Assembly (NCBI GenBank): GCA_030704615.1 | Contig: CM060731.1 | Coordinates: 89,404,001-89,468,000, forward strand | DNA length: 64,000 bases | Reading direction: 5' to 3' | From: Takakia lepidozioides | Taxonomy: Eukaryota; Plantae; Bryophyta | Shown: positions 1 through 12,600 of the stretch, piece by piece | Position numbering within the stretch: the first letter of the stretch is position 1 | Layout: each line of letters begins with the position of its first letter | Program-made: the position numbers and the translations under genes | The notes under the pieces: model-generated | Seen by the model: the letters and a program-made list of their open reading frames with translations, nothing else | Told to the model about the DNA's origin: nothing | Database searches by the model: none

Positions 1-549
1 TAGCCTCACCCCCCATGTCGGTAGCCACCTCCTGCCCTAGATTTTTTGGTGCACATGCAGAACCCTGAAAGTTGAGGGAGAAATAATCATCATTCTCTGA
101 ATCAACATCGAAGATAGCAATTGCTTACTGAAAGATACATCCTGTTCAGATTCTCCATTATCTTGCTTTATCATTGGCTCTCTCTTTCTTCTCTTGTTCA
201 ACTGCCCACTGGGCAATCTCTTTCAGCTCTCCTGTTCCTCCCTCTCTCGTTACCTCTCTCTGCGTTCCTAGTTCGATGGGAGGTCCATGCACCCATTCGC
301 TATGCAGCACCCTCTCCCACAGCTCAGTGTACCATCCGGACAAACAAGTTGTAAGCTCAAAAGAGGCAACATGCGGAATTGAAGCCAGGATCCACTGAAA
401 GCTAATCATTCAAAGCTTCTACCATGAGAGTCATGAAGTCAAGTTTGTGACTCACAGCTTGCCATGGCAGCACTCAGCAGTTGCCAGGTGAAGATTCCAG
501 TGGCGAAAAAGCAGCCCAGTTGCACACTACATGGCATTTGCTCATAATG

Positions 550-3300
550 GGAGGCGGAGAGGCAGCAGGCTTAACCAATCTTTCCTTCTTCCAGGAGAGG
601 ACAATGAATGCCATGACTTTTGTTACATTGATATCTCATTAGATTGGTGGAAATGGTGTGTGTGTACATATTGTGCACGTCAGAGTGGAGAAAAGCACTT
701 GTGTACTTGCAGATTCCATGGGCCAAGCCAATGACTTTTGCCTTCATTGATAAAATAGACAGTGGCTTCTTGCTTTCAGATGGTAGAATTCTTTAGGTCC
801 AGTGCTCACCCAAAAGGTGGATTTTGAAATGCAGTTGGTCGCGCAAAACGTAATACTGATCAAGGATAAGATGTCTGATTCCTTTGCTCCACTTGTGCTC
901 CTGAAGATACGTTCTCTCTTAGTTGATAAATTTTCCCAGCAAAAAGCAGAAAAACCAGAGTGAGATTGCAGCAAATTGCAGAGAGTACATACGTTTTGCT
1001 TGGCATTGGCATCCAACAAAAGATTGAGGAGCCCACAAGTGACAGCTCCAGCACTGGGGACCCTTTCAAGGGTCACATCCATGGATACTGGCCTCCCATC
1101 CTCTTCCTTTACTGTCCATGATAACTGCCGATTGAAAAACCATTAGTCTTCCAGCATCCAAACTCGACCTTCAATAGCAGATACTACTTAACATCAGGCT
1201 TTTCTCTGGCTCAGATAGTAGCCCTTGAATGCATCAACAATCTGGTGAAGGGCCTAAAGAAACCAAAAACACAAATTCTATACCAAAAGATAAACATAGA
1301 GCATCCCACTGGTAATGGTAAGCATCTGGATTGCATGCAGAGCCAAGAACAGCCAATCATTTTGACCCTGAAAGTGGTATACACTTCATCTAAAGCAGAT
1401 TCTTGAGACATCTATACAATACAAAAGATTCCACCAAGAAAGAAATTTTGCAGTGTCGAGAATGGTCAATCCGAAACCAAGGGACAGTAAAAAATTAATT
1501 ACATCTGGAATAGCGCCAATGGCTTCTGTGGATGATTTACAATGTTTATACTCCTACTTCCGAAGCTCTTTATGCTGAGACTTTCTGGCTGCCTCAGTTA
1601 CCATCACAGATCTGTATACTCTTGTCACTTCCAGTTGTGGGGTGCTTACTTTGGCACGTTAAACATCCTTGTGTTGTATCTAGTCAGGCCAGATATATGA
1701 TCTTGCGATAAGCATCACATAAACCTGGAGGCTAAGGTAACACCATCACTAAGTTCATCAAGGTCGCCTCCTATAATATTAAAGAGGTTGTTGAATTTGT
1801 TTCTATGAGGGTCGGAACATTGTCAATGTTTTCCAGGATACTGTAGACCTGGTAAAGAGCAAGGTAAAAGTGAGTATTTTAGCAAACACTCAGCCAATCT
1901 AGCAAAGGGAAAGTCGTAAATACTCTTCGTAAGCTGCGGGCAATAGCTATGACAATTCAAAGACTAAATATGCCAAAGAGGTTGACCTTTGGAAGGTCGA
2001 ATAATATAGGGGTGGTACACTGGCTGTCTACGTATTGCTTTAATAAGTTCCTCTTTTCCCGCCGCAAAAAAGTTTGAAATTCTTCAACCTAGAACAAGCT
2101 GTTTGCTCTGGCTTGACCAATCCCTTATCCTTGGTGATTTTCTGTACTCACCTTCTTAAGGATGAGGTAGCTGAAGAGCTTGGGATTAGAATGTACTATC
2201 ATACCCGGACACGGGAAAAAGTGGTGCAGTATAGCAGCAAGGGCATCTAAGAAAATGGCCACTGGTTGTTCTGGAGAGAGGAACTCTACCAGGTAACTGA
2301 AAGTCCTAAAATTTGTTGAAAGGGAAGATCACGTTTGAACATTCAAATTGAGGAGAAAAGAATTGAAAATGGGATGGAGCTCTGCTAAGCATGAAAATCC
2401 TGTGTTTGCCAGGTCTAAGTTGTGGGTCATAGCTGGACATGAGTTTCAATCAATGGCACACACCTATTCAGTGGTAGTGTAGTGAGGCCAGACATGTTCA
2501 GTGGCTGATCATCTGAACCACTGGTCTGGAGTTAGTCAAACTGCGTCTCCAGCTCATCAGAGCAGGCTCAAGAGTATGGGTCAGTCATCTCTCTCAGTGA
2601 ATCCCTCCATAGCACATTGCAGCTGCGTCGTAGAAGAAGTACATGAAGCAGATCTGAGCTTCTTTCAGATGAAGCAGTGGCATATACGCTGGATTGGGTG
2701 CTGTGCAGAAGTTGCAAAAAATTACGGGTCCTTACCTTTGAACAGTAATCGCACACAATTTGGGGCAAAAAATGTGTCCTATCTGCTGGCTAGATGTGGG
2801 GGACAGAACCACCTACTATGAGTGCGTGTGTGATCTGCCTCTCCGCTACAACTCTGCTCTAGGTCATTCCACTCTCTTTCGGAGCAAATCAAGGACCCAA
2901 GCCATGCGTGCAATGTCGACAAATTCGTTCACTGATTTTTCCCATTCTTTCAGCCAGTTGTGTGACATAGTCCTTAGTAGCTGTCAAGCATCACACATCA
3001 CAGGCTCGACCTTAAGTTATTCCAATTCTAACGTATGATCAAAAGAACAAAGATGGCCAACAGCCCCCTCTCCCCAGACATGTGCGCCTATATCACATTA
3101 GACAACATGTTGCTTCCCAGAGAAAGACCAAGCTTGAAAGCCATCAAATATGGAGATAGAGAAGTGGGAGGGAAACCAAGTGCCCTTCGCGTAAATAAGC
3201 CTTGCATTCAATCTCTCGACGCCTGATCTCCGCATGTTCTGCTCAACTGTACCACCACCAACATCATGAACCCTCAGCAATGGCCGCCTCCAGGTGATCA
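550..3300 (-). pseudogene. Possible decayed LRR-containing gene (FBL11-like?)
   Basis: Minus-strand frames show scattered LRR-like words (NSCPAM-THNLDLANT, YCPQLT) between many stops and frameshifts. No intact ORF; family assignment and limits are tentative. Confidence 0.2.
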
Positions 3301-3729
3301 TTCCGACTCCAAATCAAGCACACTCAAACAGCCCCGGCTAAACGAAAACCTCCCAAAATAAAAACCAGAAACTGATCCCCTTGAGCACGAAATATTCCGG
3401 CAAGAAAGCTCAGATAACGTAGTGTGCGAGGCTGCTACGTAAATTGTGCCATGGCAGCTGCAGCATCAACCCCCATCCATCTCCCTCCCCCTCAACCCAA
3501 GCATTCCCGACCAAGACGATCTACCCACCTCGTACGATGCATGTATTCTACATACCTGGTACAGATATGTATACACCGTATTCACTCCGTCTGCATATCT
3601 CTGTTATTAATTAATCAATCAAAGAAAAGAATGAAAGAAGAAAGAGATAATGATGATGGCCCCGCTATTATATATAATATGCATGTGTGTAAAGGTAGTA
3701 ATATATATATATATATAGAGGTATTGAAA

Positions 3730-4640
3730 AGTGGGGACAGAGGCCCACAAATTTATTTATTGTTCACAAATTGAAATAGTAATAATAATAATCACTAATA
3801 ATAATAATAATCCCTCAATAATTCAATAAAGTTTAATAAGGGCTACCTCCCCTTTTATCCCAAAAAAACACAAGGTTATTTTTTCCTTACCTTATTAATA
3901 AAATTTTACAGGGCTACAATCCCCCTGTTCTCTTTAAAAAATAAATAAAAATCACAACAGGGCTGTGCAGTGTGCCTTGGTAACCAAAAAACCAAAATAA
4001 AATAAAATAATTATCATTATTATTTATAGCTAGGAAAAGTATATAAGGAAAAATTTCTGACAATCGTGTTTCACCAACGGTCAGTAGCTCTGTTGGTAAA
4101 GTGCGGTGAGTGCCATCCGGATGACCCTGGGTCAAATCCTGCTACTTGACGGGTGTGGTATGCTCTTCTCCCGCTTCCCTGCGCAGTGTCGCATCGGAAA
4201 GCCTTACGGCGAGGTTACTGAGAGGTTATTTTCTCCTCTCTCTCAAGGAGCCTGATTTGTGAGCTGTCGCTCCCAGGTGTTTCCCTTTAAAATTAAAAAA
4301 AATTAAAAATAAATCTGATCTCCTACACGAATTGCCGTGTGATATTAGGCCTCATGGCAGCCTTCGTGCCTGTAAAGGGTTTACTTTTTTCCCATCAAAT
4401 AATTCTAAATAAATTTGTCAGGGCCACAGTCCCCTGTTTCTTAAAAAAAAAAAAAACAAATCTGACAATCCGACTATGTCAAAATATAATCCAATTTTAT
4501 TTTTATTTTAAATAAATTTTTAATAAAATTTCCAGGGCCTCTTATCCCTGTTATTCGTATAATAAAAATAAAAATAAAAATAAAAATAATTATTTTTATT
4601 GTTTTTTGAGAACAGGGGGACAGTGGCCCCGATAATAAGT
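3730..4640. repeat. AT-rich low-complexity block with dispersed CAGGGC-ACAGTCCCCTGTT-like motif in both orientations
   Basis: Motif variants at about 3909, 4419 and 4533 (+) and 3732 and 4610 (inverted), set in (AAT)n and (AAAAAT)n runs upstream of the ARID gene. Confidence 0.45.
4079..4150 (+). mobile_element. tRNA-derived (Gly-GCC-like) SINE head or tRNA pseudogene
   Basis: A-box-like TAGCTCTGTTGG (4085), B-box-like GGGTCAAATCC (4129), TGCCA in the anticodon position, and GTCAGTAG..CTACTTGAC closing stem. The cloverleaf is imperfect. Confidence 0.4.
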
Positions 4641-6680
4641 TTTTTATGGAAACAAATAAGAAATATATAAAAGAAAATGAGCAGGAGGCCATGTGTGGGC
4701 TCGGTGCGTGCCCGAAGGAAGGAAAGGACGGAAGGAAGGGAGAGGGGTGGTGCGGGCGAGCATGGCGGTGCTGGTGGTGGTGGGGCGTGGGGAATGCGGA
4801 GCGTGAAGCTGCAGGCGTATCGACAGACTTTGTGTTGGACGTGGACGGATCGAGCAGCGAGAAGCTGTTCTACTTCAGCTTCTCGTCTGCCTGGGGCACC
4901 CGTTACATGTAAGCACTAGGAGTAGGAGGCGAGCATGATGCATTGTAAGGAAGGCTTACTAAAACCCCGCAGAAAACCCCAGTTGCTCCAGTTCTGTGAA
5001 GGGCTCGATGGTTCCCTTTCGTGGAAAGACTTGTTTTGTTTATTTGGTGAGAGAGGCTTGGGTTTGAGGTGTTGTGGCATAATCCTGACACTGAAGAGTG
5101 TTAAGAGTTTATGGTGAGTATGTGGACGAGGATTCCTCCCCAAGCATTGTTGGTAAAACCCAGCTTTTCCCTGCTTTTCTCTCTCTTTGGTTTTCCTGGA
5201 GGACTCCAATTGTGAGGTTCGAAACCAGTGTTTATAGGCGAACCCCCCACCAAGCACTCGGCCTTTTTTTTCTTAGACTTTGGCTTCTTACGTGTCTTCC
5301 TTCATGGGTTTGAGGTTATTTGTGAGGCTATCTTTCACTTGGTGACGTGGACGTGTCCTGCATGTATGTTAAAATTTAGATTGTTGCATCTCTCAGTGCG
5401 AGGCCTCTGAAAACCCCTCTTCCCGTTCCTCTTTTCAGTCTCTGATTGGCAGCTTTGAAAGAAGTAAGAGAGCTCTGCGACTTTTCAACTTCTTTGGGAG
5501 TCTCCCTCTCGCTTCTCTCTTCCTCCCTCTATTTTTTTTTGTAAGAAATTCGTTCTTGGGGTTTCACATTCTCGGAAAAAGGGCTTTTTTCGTTACCTCT
5601 ATCCAGGCCCGCGGCCCAAACACCCGTTTTTCCTGTCTTTGTCAACTTAGAAATTTCACATAGTGTTATCAAGATCTCATTCTTCTCCCTGGTTAGTGTC
5701 GGTTTCCTGTTGTCTCCAGATAACCAACCTTGACTTTCTTCTCTCCCTCTCTCTTTCTCCCTCCCCCCCCCTTGCACGCCATAGCTCTCCACCTCGACAA
5801 GGTTTTGTCTTCTCAGTCTCGTAGTATCAAGTGTGCAGTGCAAGCAAACCTGTGTCTCCTGCCTTCACAAGGCTTACATTCTCTTTCTTGAGATTCTCTT
5901 TGTACTGTCCCCTCTACCTTTTTCACTGTTTCCTAAATATTTTGGTAGTTTATGAGGGCACCCAACTCTGGCTCACCTTCACAGCCTTACATCACCTCTT
6001 TACAATCTCTCTCTTCTCTTCAAAAAACTGCATGCACCTCCTTTTACTTTCTTCCTCAGTGTCACCGAGTATCTGTTTCTCAGAGTCCGTGCATGCCCAT
6101 GAATGTCCAGTGTCGCTGTTGATCAAACATACTAATAATCCCCTGTGTGTGTCTTGTCTGCTCCCTTTGAGAGTTAAAGTTATATCTGTTTCCAGTGGGC
6201 ATATTGAACCCCTGGTCCTAAGGAAGTCACCCTTTTTGTCTCTAATCTTGGTCCCTTTCAGCATTGACATATTTCTCTTTAGACCTGTTGTACATGATCC
6301 ACAGATTGGATTCAGCTCAAAAATTCTCCTGGAAAGCGGTGAGAGAGATATACATCAAGTTCACTTGGGCCACAATCACCTGACAAATGACAAGAAAAGT
6401 CAGGCAGGGAGATACTTCAGCAAATCGGAAACTACTCCCTGTGAAGCAAACACCTGGTTAGCGAGGGGTGTGATTTTGCAGCCCAGTGTGGTTGCTCTCA
6501 CTTCTGAGTCTTTGACTCGGTTTATCTTTTTGTTCTGGTAGGGAAACAGGAGAGACAATTACAAGAAAAGGAACTGTTGGCAGAGGCACTCTTGCTCTTC
6601 CTACGGATAAACACGAGGAGAGGTTTCAAGACGCAGCAATCTGTCCTCTCTCGTCTGTGTGCAAAAGCAGTTAAGGTGGA

Positions 6681-9600
6681 ATGACAAAGGTGGCTGATGG
6701 AAGCTCAATAAGGATGTCGGTTCTCCCAGAAGTGCCTGTACTGGTGAATGGTCAACCTGAGGGCATAGAACCAGTGCACCTATCAGTTCCAGTGCCTGCT
6801 TGCTCTGACGGCCCCTTAGAAAGCCCATCACAAATCAAGAGGGAGGCAGAAGGGGGAACACCGCCTAAGGTTGAGAACGACAAGGCGAAAAGTGAATCTG
6901 ACAGAAATGGTTTTGGCAGGGGGGAGGACATGGAGCTCACTGTTGAGAATTTTGAGGGAGTAGAAGATGTGGAGGAAGAGATAGAACAAGTTACTGTAGG
7001 TGATGAAGCCAAAGCAAATACTGTGGAGAAGGAGACTCAGCTGAAAGGAGACGACATAGGTGGAAAGAAAGAGCAAGTTGTTGCTGAAGGACCTGCTCCT
7101 GGGGGGACTCAGGCCAGAGTAGATCATGTGGAGGACACTCTGGCCAAAGTAGATGATGTAGAGGGACACAAAGAGAAGGTTGTTCTTGAAGAAGCTGCTG
7201 CCGGGGGGAGTCAGGCTAAAGTAGACCATGTGGAGAAGGAGACTAAGGCCACGGTAGGGGAAATGGAAAAGGACACTCAGACCACAGTAGATGAGATAGA
7301 GGGAGACAAAGAGCAAGTTGTTGTGGAGGGAACTGCTTCTGGGGAGACTCAGTCCAAGGCAGAACATATGGAGGAGGACACTCAGGCCAAAGTGGAACAT
7401 GTTGAGAAGGAGCCCCACGCCACAGTAGAAGATATGGGGAAGGACACTTTGACCACAGTAGATGTGACAGAGGGACATACAGAGCAAGTTATAGTCGAAG
7501 CAGCTGTTTCTAAGGGTAACAAGTCCAAAGTAGATGAGGTGGAGGAGAGTCGTGCCAAAGAAGATGATGTGCCTGGAGAGAGAGAACAAGTTATTGTTCA
7601 AGCAGCCACATCTGGAGAGGGACAGGCCACGGTTGAAGCTGTGGAGGAGGAGGTATTGATGCATGAAAGGGAAAGCAATGTTGTTGTGCTGAATGTAGGT
7701 CCTATGAAGGTCGACGAAGCCGATGCCAAGTATCACTGCAATGGAGATGAGACAGAAGAGGAACAGAATATAGAAGGGACCAAGTTGTCAGATGCCATGG
7801 TGGTGGATGGCAAAGAGGAAGAAACTTCACATGGTATGGTCATTGAGGTGGAAAATAAAGCGGAAGATTGTGTTGGAGATGATTTGATGGAAATGGCCGA
7901 TGAGGTGTTAGATGAAACCCAGCACAACCTGGACGAGAATGCTGAGGTAGGGGTGAGCAAAGGAGGAAAGGAGATGGAGAAGAGGGAAGGCAGGCATGCA
8001 AACCATCCAGTGAATAAATTGGCAGATAAAATGGCTTTAGAAATGGCAGATGAATTGGCAGGTGAGATGGCAGATAAGATGGCTGCCGAGTTGGCTGATG
8101 AGTTGGCAGATGAAGATCAAGTGATTGAAGGAGATGAGACCATGGCGGAGGAAGGCCAAGATGATGTGCTTCACAGCACTGAAGGCGAGGAGGGCAATGA
8201 AGGTGGGGAAATAGACGAAGAGGACGGCCACAAGGTTGAAGATGATGATGGTGATGAGGGTACTGTAGAGCAGCAGATGTCATTTGTTCAGCACCTCGAG
8301 AAATTTTTTAAGGAGCAAAATTTTGAATACAAGCCACCAAAATTTTATGGTGCGAAAGTGAACGTGCTCAAGTAAGTTCCAGGGGCTGGAGTTTTGCACC
8401 TACAACAGATAGATGACCTTCCCAAATGCAGTTTGAGCTGGCTGTGGATCTTGACAATAGTTCTAATGTGTTTCTATGGCTGATAGAGCCCACCCCTGAA
8501 AGGGGGCATTACAAGCAAGGGGAAGAGGCTCCTACTCTCTCTCTCTTGTAATGTTGGATTTTGCACTAGGAACTCCTGTCCTTCAGCTCTAGTTGCTAAG
8601 CTACAGTTCTTTAAATGTGGGGTGCAGGCTTTGGAGGGTTGTAACCAGGATGGGCGGCTACGATCATGTATTCTCCTTTACATATTTTGGGAATCAAATT
8701 TGTATGATGTCTGCATAATTTCAATCTAATTGGGTTTGCATACTTAGAAACTACCCACACATGTTGGTCTTAGATTAATGGCTGAAATGAAGGAGAGAGT
8801 GAGAGAGGGCTCTGGCAAAGTCAGGATTACTGTCAGATACTTTTGAGACCTTGGTGCAAAATATGTGCTTTTACAAATGAACGCTAGACATGCTGAAAAC
8901 AGATTTAGTTGGTGGGGACCATCCACTAGTGGGAGCTCTGCCTGAGGGCATGTTAAGATGACAATGCTTGTCAGGATGTAGATTATGTGTGGCAACTGTT
9001 GGAATATGGAAATAGCCATTGAATATTGTACTACACGTTAGAACAGGAATGTTTACTTAAACTTAGAAGAGGAGGCTCCAGACCAGCTAGGCTTTCCCAC
9101 ATTTGTCTGCATGCAAGATATGGCACTAGTTTTTTCGACTTCACCCTGTATCTGCTAGGCAGCAATTGTAGAGTGCCGTGCTCTAAAGCCAAGTACATGG
9201 CCTCACCTTCCTGTGCTGGTCTTCCTATGTGCTGTTGTGTGTAGGTTACGGCCAGCAAGCTTTGGCGAACGGTTGGTGAGAAGTTTGATCCCCCCAAGTG
9301 AGCTCCTCTCCTTTGTGGGGGTTGTTTGGCACAGTCGGGTTTGGCTTCATTTATTTGCTGTTTTTCTGCCTTTGTCTGTTATTTCAGAGGTATATTCGTC
9401 TTTGGTCATAGGATCCTCATTATATCTCTGGTTAGCTCTTCAATGTGAGTTTCAAAGTATACTAGGCTCTCACATAGATGTAGGTTCTTTCCAAGGTCTT
9501 CTTTTTTCTTCCGGCATTCTGCATGGTTTCTTTGTTGCCTTGGATATGTTCTCGGCATTTCAGCTACTTTGAGTCTGTATCTTCTCTGAGTCACAATAAG

Positions 9601-12600
9601 CTTGTGACTTTTTGAAACAGTCAGGCTCTGATCAGAAGGGAAGAGAACGTACTCATGCCGTTCCCTGCAAACGTTGGCTTGCCATAGCCTTTCTGCTATT
9701 GACCCCACGGGAAACTAACCCTCCCAGAGCCTTTTGTGGGGTTTGCACCCACCATGGTTTATCAGAAGGGAATAGATTGTACTCATAAGACATTGTTTGC
9801 CGTAGCCTTGTGGCCATTGACCCCGCGCCCAGTTTGAACGGAACATAAAGGGACAGAAACTACCTTTGTCAGGGGCTGATGCCGGTAGTATGATTTACCT
9901 TGGAATAAACAGTTGATCCGAGATTTCCAGATATCCTCCAGAAATCCCTTCACACAAGCATCAATCTGATGTGTGATTTGCCCAATAGCTAGAGCCCAAA
10001 AGGGCCTGGGCTTTTGGCTCAGCCTCAAGATTTTCAAAGTTGTTAAACAGAGGTACAGGCACAATTTCCTTGATGGAATTGAAGAGGGTGTCCCGTTGGT
10101 GAGAGTACCCAGGACAATGAATCAGGAAGTGAATATTGTCTTCAGGTTGCCCACACAACGGGCACTTACAATCCCCCTTTCCTCTCTGCGACTGTTTGTT
10201 GTTCAAAGGTAGGCTACCCGCCCTGAGTTTGAATTTCAGTCTAGTGCCGAGGGTGGGTAGACCCTTGAGGTCATCCATGATGGCCTCTACCATGTCACAG
10301 ACTGGAAACAGGTTCAGGGAAGTTTTCTGCCTACCTTCATTTTCTTCAGACAATTTCCAGGCAATAGACATGGCTTCGGAAACTTCAGCTTCTAAGCCAG
10401 ATTTATCGGCTAGTGGACTAAGATTCAGATCCTTGAAAATCTCTTCTACCCTTTTCCGCCAGGATTTAGCCTGTTTGACAGGGCGGTCCTGCTTCCAAGA
10501 TATAGAGTCGATTAACTTAGGATATCTGGTATTAGCCATACGTTGCAGCTGACCCCACCATCTGAATTCATTGCGTCTGGAGCTTAAGGGAGGATTGCCA
10601 AACCCACGAACAGCCACATTAGCTGTTTTGGAGCATGCTGACATGCACTTCTTGAGCACCCCGACTTGGATGGATTCAAGAGACTTAGCCTGGTTGGAGT
10701 TATCAACCCATACAGCAGATGCATACTCCAAGGCCGGCCTGATAACCCGGCAAAGCATGGTTTTTTTTACTTCAGAGTTGATCCCTCTGCAGAAGGGAAT
10801 AGAATGCACTCGTAAGACCTTGTTTGCCATAGCCTTGTGGCCATAAACCCAGAAGGAATACAATGTAAGAGATGAGGGGAGCGGGGAAGGAGCCGAGACA
10901 TCAAGACAGAAGCAGAGATGTTGTAATTAGACTTAGGCTTATGCCTAGACCCAGCTTCTTGTTTGCTGGAGCAGAGAGATCAGGAAATAGGGAGAGAGGT
11001 GTGAGGATACGGGTCGGGACACCAACCGCAACTGCTCTCCATTAGTAGCTCTCCAATCCATGCAGTATCAGCTGTATGTCTGGAGAAACAGTGTGGATCT
11101 TTTTGTCTACTACTTTCTATACCAAAGTACCACTCATTATATGAGTGCTGCGGCAACAGAGTTTTCCACCCAACCCTTCCTCAACATTCTGTTGATGATG
11201 CTGGTTTACCACCATCTTGCACCTGCAAATGTCTTTGGTTTTGTTTCATACATAAAAGACAAGCACTCAGGTTATTGTTTGGATGAGGAGCCATGCACCC
11301 TTGGTTCCACAGATATGGAGTCAAGCTAGAATTGAGGTGGAAAGAATGTAAAGCTGATGTGTTGGGATGAATTTGCTTGCAGGAGATGTACCACACTTTC
11401 TTGGTCCTTCCGAAAATCCTACGAAAAGGTAAACACTGGGGAAGTTTTTACCCTCAAATTGTCTTTTAGGCTTTTGCGTTATCTGGCAGTGCTGGAACAG
11501 ACACCCACACTCTTTTGTTTGTAGCAAGAGGGGAATGGAGGGGCACCATTTGTATATCCCTTGTAACAGTATCAGCGGTGAAACTGGAAACATTTTCTGG
11601 TATGGAATGGACATGGTATGGAAAAGAGTTTTGTCCTTGGTCCAGAACAACGAAGAAATGTCTTAAATAGACCGGGGAGTAGGTCAGGGCTCTACTCTCC
11701 CCTGTTCTTATTGAGGTTTTCATATGACAACTACATGGTACCGAAGTGTCAAGAAGAACAACTGGTCTTTCGGATAACATCGTAGGCCACGTGGATGATC
11801 CATCACGTCTGGCTGATTGATAACTTGCTATAGGTGCACTCACTTTGGAGTGAAAAGTCTCCTTGGATTGTTGCCAATAGTCTACACTCAGCACAGGAAA
11901 GGGTTTGATGCAATTGCTGGAAAGGATTTTCCGAACAAAGCAGTGGAAAGAAGGATGTTAGCCTGTATCCTGTATGGGGAGATGTCTTTGCTTTGAAATA
12001 GGTTGACAGACTTACAGCTTGCTGCTGTTTAAAATTGCATTTCAGATTCAATTAGGAATGTAAGTGCAGCAGTCTAGTCTGAATCCAACACCATGCTTTG
12101 CCACGGAAAGAGAGGAATTTGAATCGAGGAGGTGGTACCAAGTGGCTGGAATGGGTTAGACATTCATTCGGAAGAGTATTGCACCTCTTTCTCAAATGAG
12201 TATTATGACGATGTCAAAGGCGGTACTCTCTTGAGTTTCAAGTCACAGATCAAAATAAATGTCATGACATTTTCAGGAGATAGCCTTCTGTTGTGTCAAG
12301 GTAAGTCCTGTGACTGGAGTGAGCCTTTATGGATTGATTGTTAGCCCTGTCCTTCTCCTTCTTCATTCCCCTTATTTGCTCCATATAGACCAGGAGCTGG
12401 GTCTATGGCCTCAAGGCCATGGCAACAACATGGAGGGATCTGGTCTTTGAGCTTCCAGTGTTCCCCTTGCCCTTTGCAAAATCGATGTGAAGGGAGGAAG
12501 GCTGTGAAATGTTTGGTCTCCAGATAAAGGCCAAGTTTGGGACCAAGGTCCAAAGTTTACTGACAAATGTATTGATTCCTTAGATACAGCAGTATGTCAT

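Noticed and set aside
4079-4150. Functional tRNA gene
   Set aside because: Stems and B box are imperfect; better explained as a SINE head or pseudogene.
5831-6541. 236-aa ORF upstream of ARID
   Set aside because: Non-ATG start, pyrimidine-rich composition and an AG acceptor at about 6541; likely a 5'-UTR intron.
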